Source: Geosiphon pyriformis uo1
Taxonomy: Eukaryota > Fungi > Glomeromycota
Direction: 5' to 3'
DNA length: 64,000 nt
NCBI GenBank assembly: GCA_016748015.1
Contig: JAAOMT010000193.1
Coordinates: 1 to 64,000, forward strand
The notes beneath the pieces are model-generated. The model was not told the DNA's origin and made no database searches. It saw only the letters and a program-made list of their open reading frames with translations. Shown one piece after another: positions 11,559 to 24,188 of this stretch (the first letter of the stretch is position 1; each line of letters starts with the position of its first letter). A program made the translations under genes and the position numbers.

Positions 11559-14500
11559 GTGGCAGAATCAGAAATCATAGGAGCAAACCATTTAGGATTT
11601 GCCAAATCTTTGTTTCAACAGTACAGCCAACAGTTAGGATTAAACAACAACTATTTTCCAGCAGAATCAGTCTTCAACTTTTATGTTAATGATAAAATCA
11701 CAGACTGCTTAGAAGGAACAGTTAACATTGAATCTGCAAGAGAAAATTTCTATACAGAATTATTTCAATATATCAGCTTACCAAGAAACCACAGTTTTGC
11801 ACCAATCATCAGGGAAATCAATCAAATTATTGAAAGATACACCCAACAACAATTCTCTATCATCTATGCAGACAAAAACAAAAGAAGGTTGCAAACACCA
11901 GCAGTAACACCCAAAAAGATACAACCACCCACTTAGAAGAAAACCAGAGTTGAATCACCAACCAATCCATCATATCATTATACACCAGAAAGTGCCATTA
12001 ATATATTATCAGCAGACACATCCACATTAAACACAACATTAATCTTTGGACAATTTCCATTCCAAAGTAAACAAAGAAGAGCAGAGTTACTAAAACCATA
12101 TGGCAAATATTTTGAAGGATTTAAATTGTGATTGCCAACACCATCAGATTTCTGATCACTGCCACCTCAACCAGATTTTGGAAATGCGAGTCTCTGGGAA
12201 ATAATAGAATCAGAAGAGAAAGAAGAAGAAAAAGCTGAAGATCAGGAATTTACTTACCAGAATCTGATCACAAAGAATTCAGAAATTAAAACCCCGAACA
12301 TTCAAACCCAGCAAACTTTGAATAATCTAAATCCTGAGTTAATTAATCAAAGAAACTTACCTTCAATAATCATCATCGATCAGCCACCAATTGTATCAAT
12401 ACTGAAACCAATTCCACTGCAGCCACTTCAGCAACCTATTCAACCACCACTTCAACAACCCCAACAGCTATTGTAACAACCACAACCATAACAATTGAAT
12501 TTGAATCCAATGGCCTACACTCCAATAACAAAACTTGAAAAGTTTATCAGCGAAGAAGACAATGCCCAAATATGGCTCAACAACATTGAAAAGACTATTA
12601 CAGCAAATAGATGGAATGACACAAGAGCCCTCCAAGCCATCTTTTACTTTTTCCAAGATACTGCCAATTCATGATATCAAAGTCTAGCTAACAAACTCCA
12701 AGATTTCAATGCATTCAAGCTTGCATTTCTACAATACTTTAGTAATAATAATAACATCAATCATTTGGCAAACACTTTTACTACCATTAAGCAAAGAGAA
12801 AATGAAGCAGTCACTACTTACTTAGGATGCTTCCACAGAAATCTGTGCCAAATTCAGGCCATACAGACTGATTATTTCACAATACCACAAATCCTAAATC
12901 AATTCATTTGAGGCCTGCACAGTAGCATTTTCCAATGCATACATCCAATGCACCTGGCAGATCTTTAAGCTGCCATTACAAATGCCAGAGATTTTGAAGC
13001 AGCTGAACTTAAAGCCAACCATACCCAAGCTGTAAATCTAGTGATAAACAAATCATCTGAATTGGATTCCAAATTGAAACAATTCAGTGATTCAATTAAT
13101 CAGAAACTAGAAGGATACTTAGCTAACAATTGAGCAATTTATCAGCCTCTACAATAATGCAATAATTCAGAAAACATGAATTGTTTCCAAAATTAGTCAT
13201 GTTTTTCATCATTATCATTCAATCAGCTGTGGCAGCAAGAAATGCGTAGTTGCTACAATTGTGGTAAACAAAGTCACATCAGAGCTAGCTGCTGAGGTTA
13301 TAGCAATAATCTACAATTGGAGAATCAAAATTGAAACTCTGATTGCAGATTTCAAACTCTGAACCACTACCCAAATCAAGATCACTATCAACCACACTAT
13401 ACTCAAATAGCACAACAACCAATATACCAAACTTCAGCACCAATTATCTACCAGCCATAGCCGCAAGTAATATATTAGCCACAACAAATTCAAACCCCAC
13501 CACACCATTTAATCCAGACATTATCTGGAAACCAAAGACTAAGAATTGTTTAGCAAAACTAGAGATTAGTGATAGTTGTATATCAACTGATCCCTAGTTT
13601 ATCCAACCATGCCTTAGAATCACATCCCAAGAATTCGGGAAATGGGTACAACCAAAATCAAAGTTCCCAGAACTATCTGAGTCTTCTGGTTGCCCCAAAA
13701 GACACCTCAACTAACAACAACCTGGAAACCTTCCTGAAGCAAATAATCAATAACAACATATCTCCAGCCACCATCACAAATGATGAATCATTAGCAGCCA
13801 TTTTTCTTTTCAAAATTAAGAGATCAACCAAAACCTCTCTCTTTAGTAGAGCCGCCCTTAATACAAAACCCATTACTGTCATGTACACTGATGCCAAAAT
13901 TGATGGACAGGCCATCAAGCTGATCCTAGACAGTGGTTCAGTAGGCAGCATCATCACATGACAACTCATAGATCAATTAGGTTACCAAGTTGATCGTGCT
14001 GCCAGTGCCAGAATTATCACTACTAATGGAACCACCAAAACTCTAATTGGCGAAATCAACAACTTTCCTATTAAAATCAATGGTATCATTATACCAATCA
14101 AGATTTTAGTCATGGAAGCCACCCAGTACTAAGCTTTTATTAATAATGACTGGTTGTCTAAAACCAACGCTATGCTTGACTAGAACATCCAGGAGCTACA
14201 GCTCAACCAAAATGGGCAGCATACTAAAGTATCAGCCACTTGTAGACACTTCAAGACTACTACAACCACACCACTAATTGAATTTAAGGAAAAAGAAAAG
14301 AAACCTATCTGAGAAGCCTATCAAGTTTCATAAGCTGACACCAATTACAACGAATTACTGCCAATATTGTTTTGGAACAACAAAGAAAAAAAAAAAGAAG
14401 AAAACAAGCCACAAGAAGATACCACCAACAAAATTACCAGTGGCTGGGAAAGTTCTTATTCAACTGATACCAGACCAGAACCACCCTATATTCTACTCCA

Positions 14501-16553
14501 GTACAAAGACTGCAGAAAAAAGTTGTCCTCCATGAGAGCTTGGGTTGTGCCTGATAAAAACTACTGGATACAGACCCATTACTATTGCAAATCATGCCAC
14601 TGTGAATATTACAGCTATCCAAAATGCCAAGACAAATGAGACAATGAATCATGTCTCACTTGTGGCAAACAACTGCTCAATGAAAGGATGTGGAATGACA
14701 TTCCTGGTTAAGGAAAAACCTGCGATGTATCATGTTAATACACAAATCTCATTAATGACTGGATAAGTCAAGGAACCCCAATAACTGCAGCCTGGCATTG
14801 AATGATCTCTTGCCTAAACAGTTATCCACACGATGAAGGCAAGATCTGGAGAATGGCCAATGCCAAGATAGAAGATGCTTTGCCCAGTAAGATTTTAGAA
14901 ATAAAAAACAATTTCCCTGAATCAGTTAAAGTTGTTCTTATTCTCAACACTTTTTAGATATTGAGACAGATCCAGAGAAATTCCATGAACACTACCAAAA
15001 TTTAGCACCCACTCAAAAGGAACAAGAACAGTGCTTGGAAGAAATAAACACCCGATTATATGATCACTGTTTGATCCCATATGACTTTCAGTATTGTAAT
15101 AAGTGTGACTTTATTTATAATCTAACACCATACAGAATCTACACGATTCTGAAAGAGGAAGAACCAATCAGCAGCTGCACATCAGAATCAAATTCAACTT
15201 TTAATTCTGATTCAAACTCTGATGATGATGACAACAATGGTTCCAGCTCCGTTCAAAATAACAACAGTGATAACAATGGCAATTTAAATTCAGATTCAGA
15301 CTCCGAACAGTACATCACACTTCTTGATCTCTCCAAAGACCAGGAACTCAGATGGTTCAGTGACAATGATGAAGGTATTATGCCAGAACATGCACATGAT
15401 ACTAATGCAAAGTTTGATCTGAGATATCTGAAAAAAGATGCCATCAAATTAGAACCACATTCATGTATCTGCATTGATCTCAAAATTGCACTGGAAATTC
15501 CTACAACAATAGTTCAATTAGCATCTAGAAGTAGCTTAGTGAATAAAGGAATCAGCATCAGAAAAGAAATAATTAATGCTGGATATGTGAGAAATATCAT
15601 TGCTATACTACAAAATGACTCAGAAAAGACTTATATCATAGAGCCAAACAAAAAAATAACACAAGCAATATTCCTGTCTCTGGTTAAAATAGCTCAATTA
15701 GTATTAGTAGAAAACAGGAAAAAATTAAGAATTACAACTAGAGAAATACAAGGATTTGGATTAACAGATAGAATAGATGTACCAGTCAATATGACAGAAG
15801 AAGAGATTATTAACAAAGGAGAAATTATATCCACCTGTTAATCAATTTCTATTCTGCCATATAACCAGTACATGTTAATTATAGAAAGAAAAGTAAAGGA
15901 TCAGACACAAATTTTTGAAGCAAAACCAACTATTTGCAAATCAGGAGAAATTGGACTTATCAATCTCTACATACCAGCCAAAAACAAGAAACATATCAAA
16001 ATTCTCATCTACAATACAACAGAAAACATCATAGAAATACCAAAAAGAACCACCATTAGGTATTTAAGCACTAAAGTTGAAGAACAGACACCAAACTCCA
16101 TTCCAGATTTCCTACAGCTTTGCAGATATGTGGATATTACATTATAAACAATTTATGAATGGAACAAATATTATCTGCTCCAATCAGAACAATTGGAACA
16201 AATGAACATAGGAAACTTAAACCCACTTTAATATATGCAGCTCAAGATGTTATTCAACAACTTTAATGATATTTTTGCCAGTAAAAATGAATTTGGCCAT
16301 ACTGACATCATCCAGCATCAAATTAAGACTGAAGATACAATGCCAATAAAACAATAAGCATACAGAGTATCACCAGCCAGTCATGAAATCATTTGTCAAA
16401 AAATCAATCGGATGCTTGACAATGGGCTAATTCAGCCATCAATGAGCCCATGATCATCACCAGTGGTACTAGTTCATAAGAAAAATGGGAAAATCCACTT
16501 TTGTGTGGATTACAGGAAATTAAATGGAGTAATAAAAGGAGATAGCTACCTGA
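11559..16553 (+). pseudogene. E2 polyprotein, 5' part (N-extension, Gag, PR, Cys-rich region, dUTPase at ~15380-15770, RT start)
   Basis: ORF fragments 11559-11936, 13569-13961 (LILDSGSVGS) and 15035-15841 (FDLRY, ASRSSL, QGFG). Confidence 0.9.
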
Positions 16554-17482
16554 TATTACAAGTGATTCTTTGGAGTGTTGAGTAAATAACAAACCCATAA
16601 TTTGGTACTCAAAGCAATTGGTGATAATGATAATCTGAAGGTATTTTATCTGAAGGTTTTCCAATTGAGTTTTTTGTATAATGAACAGAGATTCACTGGT
16701 AACAGTTTATTAGTAATTTCCTAAAACCATAGTTTTGTCGATTGCTTGCTCAGCTTGATGGTTGATGATTCTCCTGGTACAATATTCTCTATAAGTGTAT
16801 ACCAGTACTGTTTCCTGACATCAGTTCCTCTGTAAGTTCTCCAAGAGTAAGTATTGTTTAAGCAAGTTTATTCCTTTGTAAGTCCTCCAAGAGTAAGTAT
16901 TGTTTAAGTAAGTTTTATTTCTCTATAAGTCCTCCAAAAGTAAATCCTTTAATCAAGTTAGTAGACAACAAAGAAAATAAAGAAAAGATAAAAAAGAAAA
17001 TAAAAAATAAGCCAAGGCGATTTGCAAGTTAGTATTCCATTAATAGCCATGATCAAGAGCTATTATTCCAGTATGATTAAGTATCAGTTACTATCAACAT
17101 GAAGTGTTGATAGTGAAGAATGAATTTGATATAGTGAATAATTATTTATTTGAGGATTGTGATAACTAAGTTAAGGATTCTTGGTGTTGATTCTCTCTTT
17201 TTCTGCTTCTAATATTACTGCTATATATACATATTTGAGATTCTTCAATTCTTTAATTCTTTGTGACAGGAATCCTGGAATTCCTGGAATCCTGCAATTC
17301 CTGATGAGAGGAATCCTGGAATTCTGAAATCCTGCAATTCCTCGCTGGAGAATTCTGAAATTCCTGGAATCCTGCAATTCCTCTGAGAGGAATCCTGGAA
17401 TTTCACATTTACTACATCTACTTCTGATTGGCTAATATCTACTTGCTAATAATAATATACTTCCTATATTCTATGAGTAACA
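16554..17482 (-). repeat. E3 3' LTR (family C), with ~3 tandem ~44-bp units at 16830-16950
   Basis: Matches 37401-38314. Repeat unit GTAAGTCCTCCAAGAGTAAGTATTGTTTAAG... Confidence 0.92.
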
Positions 17483-17495
17483 TTATTTCCTCCTT

Positions 17496-20400
17496 TTAAT
17501 ATTGAACTCCATCAAAATCTAACTCTTTTAATTCTTCCTCTTGAATTATTTTTTGAACTTCTTTTTCGAGTATTACTTGTGTTATTTGAGTTTGTAGTTC
17601 TTCAAATTGGGCATTGGTCATTTTTCCCAATTGATTACTTGTAACTGTATCTATTACTGTGTTGAGTAAAATTTTTGGTCAGTCTTGAAACCCCATATAT
17701 AGCTAGTAAATGGCTTGAGCTTGTGTGGTTAGATTGTTATTTCTCACAAATTGTTCCAGTTGTCTCAGTATTGTTGTGTCAAATAACTGTTTTGTTTTGT
17801 TGGTGTACAAATTCTGGATATTTATGTGTTGTCCCAAGTAAAAATGACAATAGTTTTTTGGAAATTGTTGCATTTACCAAGTCCAAGTTTTTCCAGTAAG
17901 TTCTTGGTGTAATCCAACTATTCGTTGTTCTTTCATGGCCAATTTTACCTTAGTCATGATCTTATCAATAACATTTTTGAGTTTTCTCTGTACTTTGTGT
18001 TGTAGTATTCTTGCAGTACTTTTGTATTGAATGGTTTGTTGATTGATTGTAATTTCCATCTTCTGGTATTGGATTAATTGAAAAATTTGTTGTGCTAATG
18101 AATAGATGTTATTGATAATTTCTATTTTTCTGTGTTTTTCTATCATGTCAACCATGCCTTTATATATTCTTTCTGTTGATCAATTGAATGTGTTGTTATC
18201 AATGATGATGATTGGTTCCAGATCTCATGGAATCTTATCTGGTTGGATTAGTATTTTTTGTACTCCCAATTGTGAAATATTACTGGTGGATGATAATGCT
18301 ATATGATGGTATGATTTCAGTTGATCTCTATGTGCTGCTTTGGTCAAGATTTTGTTATTCAATCTTAATTTGTAAGCTCCATTTCCTAGAATTTCTTCTA
18401 TGTGAAATGGTCCATTGTTACCAGTAGAATTTTAGCTATTAATTAGCATGAAATTACCCTTATAATTCCAATAATTCATTAGTATATTAATATCATTTCA
18501 AATTATCATTTATTATTTAATCAATTATCACATATCACGATTCAAGTAAAATAATCTAATTAGTATAACAGAAAGTAAGATGATCAAATTACACAATACT
18601 CTGAACTTTGTAACATTCAAAAATTCGCCGAAATTTACAGAAATTCGCCGAAATTATGAATAGTTCACCCAAATTAATCAATAGTTCAGTGAAATAACTT
18701 GTAGTTCATCAAAAATGTATCTTTAGTTTGCTGGAATTTGGGCAAAGAGAAAAAAGTGCAAGTTCATAAACTAGTACTACAACAAGTTGTATAAAAGAAG
18801 AGCTTTTCTCTTCTGGAAAATGTATCTTACTTTAGATTTATTACTTAGAACCATTTCTATATACACAAAAAGAAATAAATACCAAATAATTTAAAAAACC
18901 AAATTCTTTAATTATTGCCCTTGGAAAATCCCCAAAAACCAACTAACATTTCGAAATTGATTAGCTACCAATTTCAGTAAACTGTTAGTGACTCCAGGCC
19001 TGGATAGAAAACGTTTCTCTTGACAAAATTCTATTTTTTTTACATTTTTTTTATTTTTTTTTATTTTTTCTTACTATAATCATTAGGGTAGCCTACAGAC
19101 AAGATTCCTGTAGAAGAGTTGACTTTTACAGCAAAGTAACTGCACATTTTTAGTGAGCTTCCAGATGAGCGATTCCTGGGAAAGAGTTGACATTTACTAC
19201 AATGTAACTACATAAAATAACTGGCAAGGAATTGGCCATTCCACTTATAAGCCCAGCAGTTCAAATTATAGAAAATAATTTGAAGATAAATTCAGTTATT
19301 GGAGGTTCAACTACTTCCTGAAAACATGAATTCACAGCAAATTGACATTACCAACATTTAAGAAAAGAGACCAAAAACCTCCGGTAACACCGTCCCATTT
19401 GGAGTCAAATTTTCCACCCCATTGTTTTTCTGCTTTGGTATGATATAGTAGTACTTTGTCTCCAATCTTGAGTTTAACTAGTTTATCTGGTAGTTGGTTA
19501 TCATGTTTTTTTTTTGTTTCTCTTGTGATCTTTGTATGTTATCAGCTGCTCTTTGTCATTTGTTTTCTAATGTTTCCATTAAGTCATATGTTCTTCTCAA
19601 CAATGTGTTTTTGAAATTTTCTTCTGTTATTGGTTTGGTTGGGTATGTGCTGACTTCTATTTCCACTGGTAGTATTGCTGTTCTACTATATACTAATTCA
19701 AATAGTGTTGCTTGTGTAGTATCTTGTTTCATTGTCTGATAAGCAAATAGTACTGATGGTATCAACAAATCCCAATTGTTCTGGTTTTCTTGGTTGAGCT
19801 TAACTATTGCTTCACACAATATTCTGTTGAATCTTTCGACTAATCCATTGGTTTGTGGATGGTATAGTAATAATAATGGTCTCTTACTTTCGAATCTTTG
19901 GCTCAATTCTGTTAATGTTCTGTTCACAAAATGTGTTCCTTGGTCTGATAATAATTCTTTTGGACATCCATATCGACAAATCAAATTCTAATGAATGAAT
20001 TTGGCAACAGATTCTGCATCCGCTCTTTGAATTGCTTTTGCCTCTGGCCATTTAATGAGATAGTCCATGACTACTGCTATTTATCTGTTTCCTCTGCTGG
20101 TAATTGTTAATGGTCTGACTAAATCAATTCCAATATGGTTGAATGGTTGTTCTACTTTGATTGGTTTTAATAGTTCATTGGGTCTTGTTTCTCCTCTTTG
20201 CTGACAAGCATTACAATTTTGAACATATTGGATGATGTCTGGATATATTGATGGCCAATAGTATTTTTTTCTGGTTCTTTCCATGGTTGCTTTTTTGTAA
20301 AAGTGTCCTGCTGTTGGATTTGAGTGCATGTTAAATAATATTGTCTCTTTTTCTGACTCTGTAATTATTCTGGTTGGTTGATCTAGATCTCTTTTATTTT

Positions 20401-20539
20401 TCTGATAAAGTATATTTTGGTGAGTAATAAAATATTTTGATTGTTGTTTGATACTCTTTTGTTCCATTTGAGATAAATTTTTCTTGAACTGTTGAGTGTT
20501 TATATAATGTTGAAATTGTTGATATTTTTGTATGTTCAT
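17496..20539 (-). pseudogene. E3 integrase (ATG at 20539, split by a solo LTR) and ORF3 (18155-17496)
   Basis: ORFs 20081-20539, 19556-19984 and 17874-18155 are homologous to E1/E4 IN and ORF3. Confidence 0.88.
18416..19389. mobile_element. Solo LTR of an unrelated family inserted in the KWDGPF motif of E3's integrase
   Basis: Termini TGTTACC...GGTAACA, TSD CCAT (18412-18415) / CCGT (19390-19393). Removing it restores the KWDGPF codons. Non-coding; TATAAAAG at ~18790 suggests + orientation. Confidence 0.8.
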
Positions 20540-21733
20540 CTTTTGTTATATTTTTCGTTGGTATTGTTCTGGTTTTGTTATATTTTTGGGTTGAAATATT
20601 CTTAGATTTGTTTTATTCGCAACAAACTGTCAGCATTTCTGTTGTCTTTTCTTTTTTTATAGTGTATAGTATAAGTATATTATGAGAGTGCCATTTTCCA
20701 TCTGGATTGTTGGCCATCATCAAATTCTTGCTTTTGAAGTAATGTTAACCCTTTATGATCCATGTATATATCAAACTTTTGGCTTAAGTATTTGTTCCAC
20801 TTCATGACTGCTCAATAAATTGCTAAATGTTCTAGTTGTAGTGTTCCATAGTTCTTTTCGGCTAGTGTTAGATCTTGGTGTTACAGGTGATTATTTCTGC
20901 TGTTGAATTAAATAACAAACCTGTAACTTGGTGCTCAAAAGCTACTTCCGTTGAGGCTGTTCTGCAGGTGCTGTATCTGAAGGTTTTGGTTAAGTCTTTT
21001 GTATAATGGACAGAGATTCAATAGTGTTGATAGTAGAAATATTTTCCAAGAGTTTTCCCAATTTTTTTCTCAGCATGGTGGCTGGATTTAGTCTGGCAGT
21101 CATGCTCTTCTGGTAAGCTATCTGATAATATATAAAAATTCTATCCGTATTTCTGGGTCTTTTACCAGGCTATCCTTAATGTCAATAACTCAGCGCTTAA
21201 TCATTTATCAATTAGTATATAACAACAAATCAAAATAAAATAAAGAAAGCAAAGAAATAAGCCAAGACGATTTGTAGATTAGTATTCCATCAATAGCCAT
21301 GATCAAGAGCTATTGTTCTAGTGTGGTCAAGTATCAATTACTATCAACATGAAGGATTGATAGTGGAGAAGTGGATGGAGATATAAAATAATTATTTATT
21401 TGATGATTGCATTTTAGTCTAAGAATTCTGTGATATCGATTCTGTTTTTTCTGTTTCTAATACTACTGTTATATATACATAATTGGGATTCCTCAATTCC
21501 TCAATTCTTTACGATAGGAATCCTGGAATTCCTGGAATTCTGCAATTCCTTTGAGAGGAATCCTGGAATTCTGGAATTCTGCAATTCCTCGTTGGGAATC
21601 CTGAAATTCCTGGAATTTTGCAATTTCTGAGAGGAATTCTAGAATTCTACATTTTACTATGCTTACTTCTGATTGGCTAATAATTATGCTAATATATTTT
21701 TTATATTTCTATGAGTAACATTATTCTTTCCTT

Positions 21734-22393
21734 TTAATATTGAGCTCCGTTAAAATCTAACTCATGTAATTCCCCCTCTTGAAGTATTTCCTGGATTTCA
21801 TTTTCGAGAATTACTTGGGTTATTTGGATCTGTAATTCTTCAAATTGAGCATTGGTGATTTTTTCCAATTGATTACTGGTAACCAGATCCATTGCTCTGT
21901 TGAGCAATATTTCTGGTTTATCTTGAAATGCTGTGTGTATTCGGTATATGGCTCGGGCTTGTGTGAATAAGTTGTTCTTTCCTACAAAATATTCTAATTG
22001 TTGTAGTACTCCTTGGTCGAATAATTGCTTTGTTTTATCTATATATAGATTCTGGATATTTACATGTTGTCCCAAGTAAAAATAACAATAGTTTTGTAGA
22101 AATTGTTGTATCCACCAATTCCAAGTTTCTTTAGTCAACTCTTGATATAGTGACTCTTTTGTCGATTCTTTTATTGCTAATTTTACTTTTGCCATGATTT
22201 TGTCCACAGTATTTTCAGTTTTCTTCTGTGTTTTGAGTTGAAATGTCTTTCTAGTATTTTGATATCGAATGGTTTGTTGATTGATTGTAATCTCCATTTC
22301 CTGGTGTTGGATTAATTGAAAGAGTTGTTGTGCTAGTAAGTGAATGTTGTCTGTAATTTCCATTTTTTTGATATTTCCTGTCATGTCTACCAT
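21734..22393 (-). CDS. E4 ORF3, intact 219-aa unknown protein
   Basis: Uninterrupted ORF with homologs in E1, E2 and E3. Its stop codon coincides with the PPT. Confidence 0.75.
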   Translation of the reverse strand: MVDMTGNIKKMEITDNIHLLAQQLFQLIQHQEMEITINQQTIRYQNTRKTFQLKTQKKTENTVDKIMAKVKLAIKESTKESLYQELTKETWNWWIQQFLQNYCYFYLGQHVNIQNLYIDKTKQLFDQGVLQQLEYFVGKNNLFTQARAIYRIHTAFQDKPEILLNRAMDLVTSNQLEKITNAQFEELQIQITQVILENEIQEILQEGELHELDFNGAQY

Positions 22394-22434
22394 GTCTTTA
22401 TATATTCTTTTGATGGATCAATTTAACATGTTGT

Positions 22435-22454
22435 NNNNNNNNNNNNNNNNNNNN
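22435..22454. other. Assembly gap (20 N) flanked by a ~300-bp identical duplication
   Basis: 22131-22434 is repeated at ~22456-22759. Confidence 0.9.
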
Positions 22455-22742
22455 TTTAGTCAACTCTTGATATAGTGACTCTTTTGTCGATTCTTTTATT
22501 GCTAATTTTACTTTTGCCATGATTTTGTCCACAGTATTTTCAGTTTTCTTCTGTGTTTTGAGTTGAAATGTCTTTCTAGTATTTTGATATCGAATGGTTT
22601 GTTGATTGATTGTAATCTCCATTTCCTGGTGTTGGATTAATTGAAAGAGTTGTTGTGCTAGTAAGTGAATGTTGTCTGTAATTTCCATTTTTTTGATATT
22701 TCCTGTCATGTCTACCATGTCTTTATATATTCTTTTGATGGA

Positions 22743-24126
22743 TCAATTTAACATGTTGTTGTCAATAATAGTGATTGGTTCCCGATCTCGTGGAATCTCA
22801 TCTGGTTGGACTAGTATTTTCTGTACTCCTAATTGTGGAATATTACTGGTAGATGGTAATGTGATGTTGTGATATGGTTTCAGTTGATCTCCATGTGCTG
22901 CTTTGGTTAAAATTTTGTTATCCAATCTTAATTTGTAAGCTCCATTTCCTAGACTTTCTTCTATGTGAAATGGTCCGTTCTATTTGAGGTCAAATTTTCC
23001 ATTTCATTGTTTTTCCGCTTTGGTACGATATAGTAATACTTTGTCTCCAATTTTGAATTCAGCTGGTTTGTCTGGTAGTTGACTATCATGTCTTTTTTTC
23101 TGTGTTTTTTGTGACTTTTGAATATTATTAGCTGCTCTTCTTCATTTGTTTTCCAATGTTTCTATTAAGTCATATGTTCTTCTCAGTAATGTTTCTTGAA
23201 AATTTTCTTCTGTTATTGGTTCAGCTGGATATGTATTAATTTCTCTCTCTACTGGTAATGTTGCTATTCTTCCATATACTAATTCAAATGGTGTTGTTTA
23301 TGTAGTATCTTGTTTCATTGTCCGATAAGCAAATAGTACTGATGGTATGAACAAATCCCAATCGTTCTGGTTTTCTTGGCTGAGCTTGGCTATTGCTTCA
23401 CACAATGTTCTGTTGAATCTTTCTACTAATCCATTGGTTTGTGGATGGTATAGTGATGATAATAGTCTCTTGATTCCGAATCTTTGGCTCAATTCTGTTA
23501 ATGTTCTGTTCACAAAATGAGTTCCTTGGTCTGATAATAATTCTTTTGGACATCCATGTCGACAAATCAAATCCTGATGAATGAATTCAGCAACAGATTC
23601 TGCATCCACTCTTTGAATTGCTTTCGTCTCTGGCCATTTAGTGAGATAGTTCATAGCTACTGCTATATATCTGTTTCTTCTGCTGGTAATTGTTAATGGT
23701 CCCACTAAATCAATTCCCATACAGTCAAATGGTTGTCCCACTTTGATTGGTTTTAATGGTTCACTGGGTCTTGTTCCTTCTTTTTGCTGACAAGCATCAC
23801 AATTTTGAACATATTGAATGATGTTTGGGTACATTGATGGCCAATAGTATCTTTTTCTAGTCCTTTCCATGATTGCTTCTTTGTGAAAATGTCCTGCTGT
23901 TGGATTTGAGTGCATGTTGAATAATATTGTCTCTTTTTCTGGCTCTGTAATTACTCTAATTGGTTGATCTGGATCCCTTCTATTTTTTTGATAAAGTATA
24001 TTTTTGGTGAGTGATAAAATATTTTGATTGTTGTTTGATACTTCTTCATTCCATTTGAGATAAATTTTCCTTGAACTGTTGAATGTTTATATAATATTGA
24101 AGTTGTTGATATTTTTGTATGTTCAT
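22743..24126 (-). pseudogene. E4 integrase, separate ORF
   Basis: ATG 62 nt after the RNase H TAA (24189-24191). HSNPTAGH...CDAC, GIDLVGPL, SDQGTHF, NGLVERFN. Confidence 0.9.
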
Positions 24127-24188
24127 CTTTTGTTATATTTTTCGTTGGTATTGTTCTGATTTTGTTATATTTTTGGGTTGAAATGTTC

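Noticed and set aside
22131-22760. Apparent tandem duplication of the ORF3 5' half
   Set aside because: The two copies are identical and straddle a 20-N gap, in a region where all real repeats differ by many transitions. This is a scaffolding overlap artefact.
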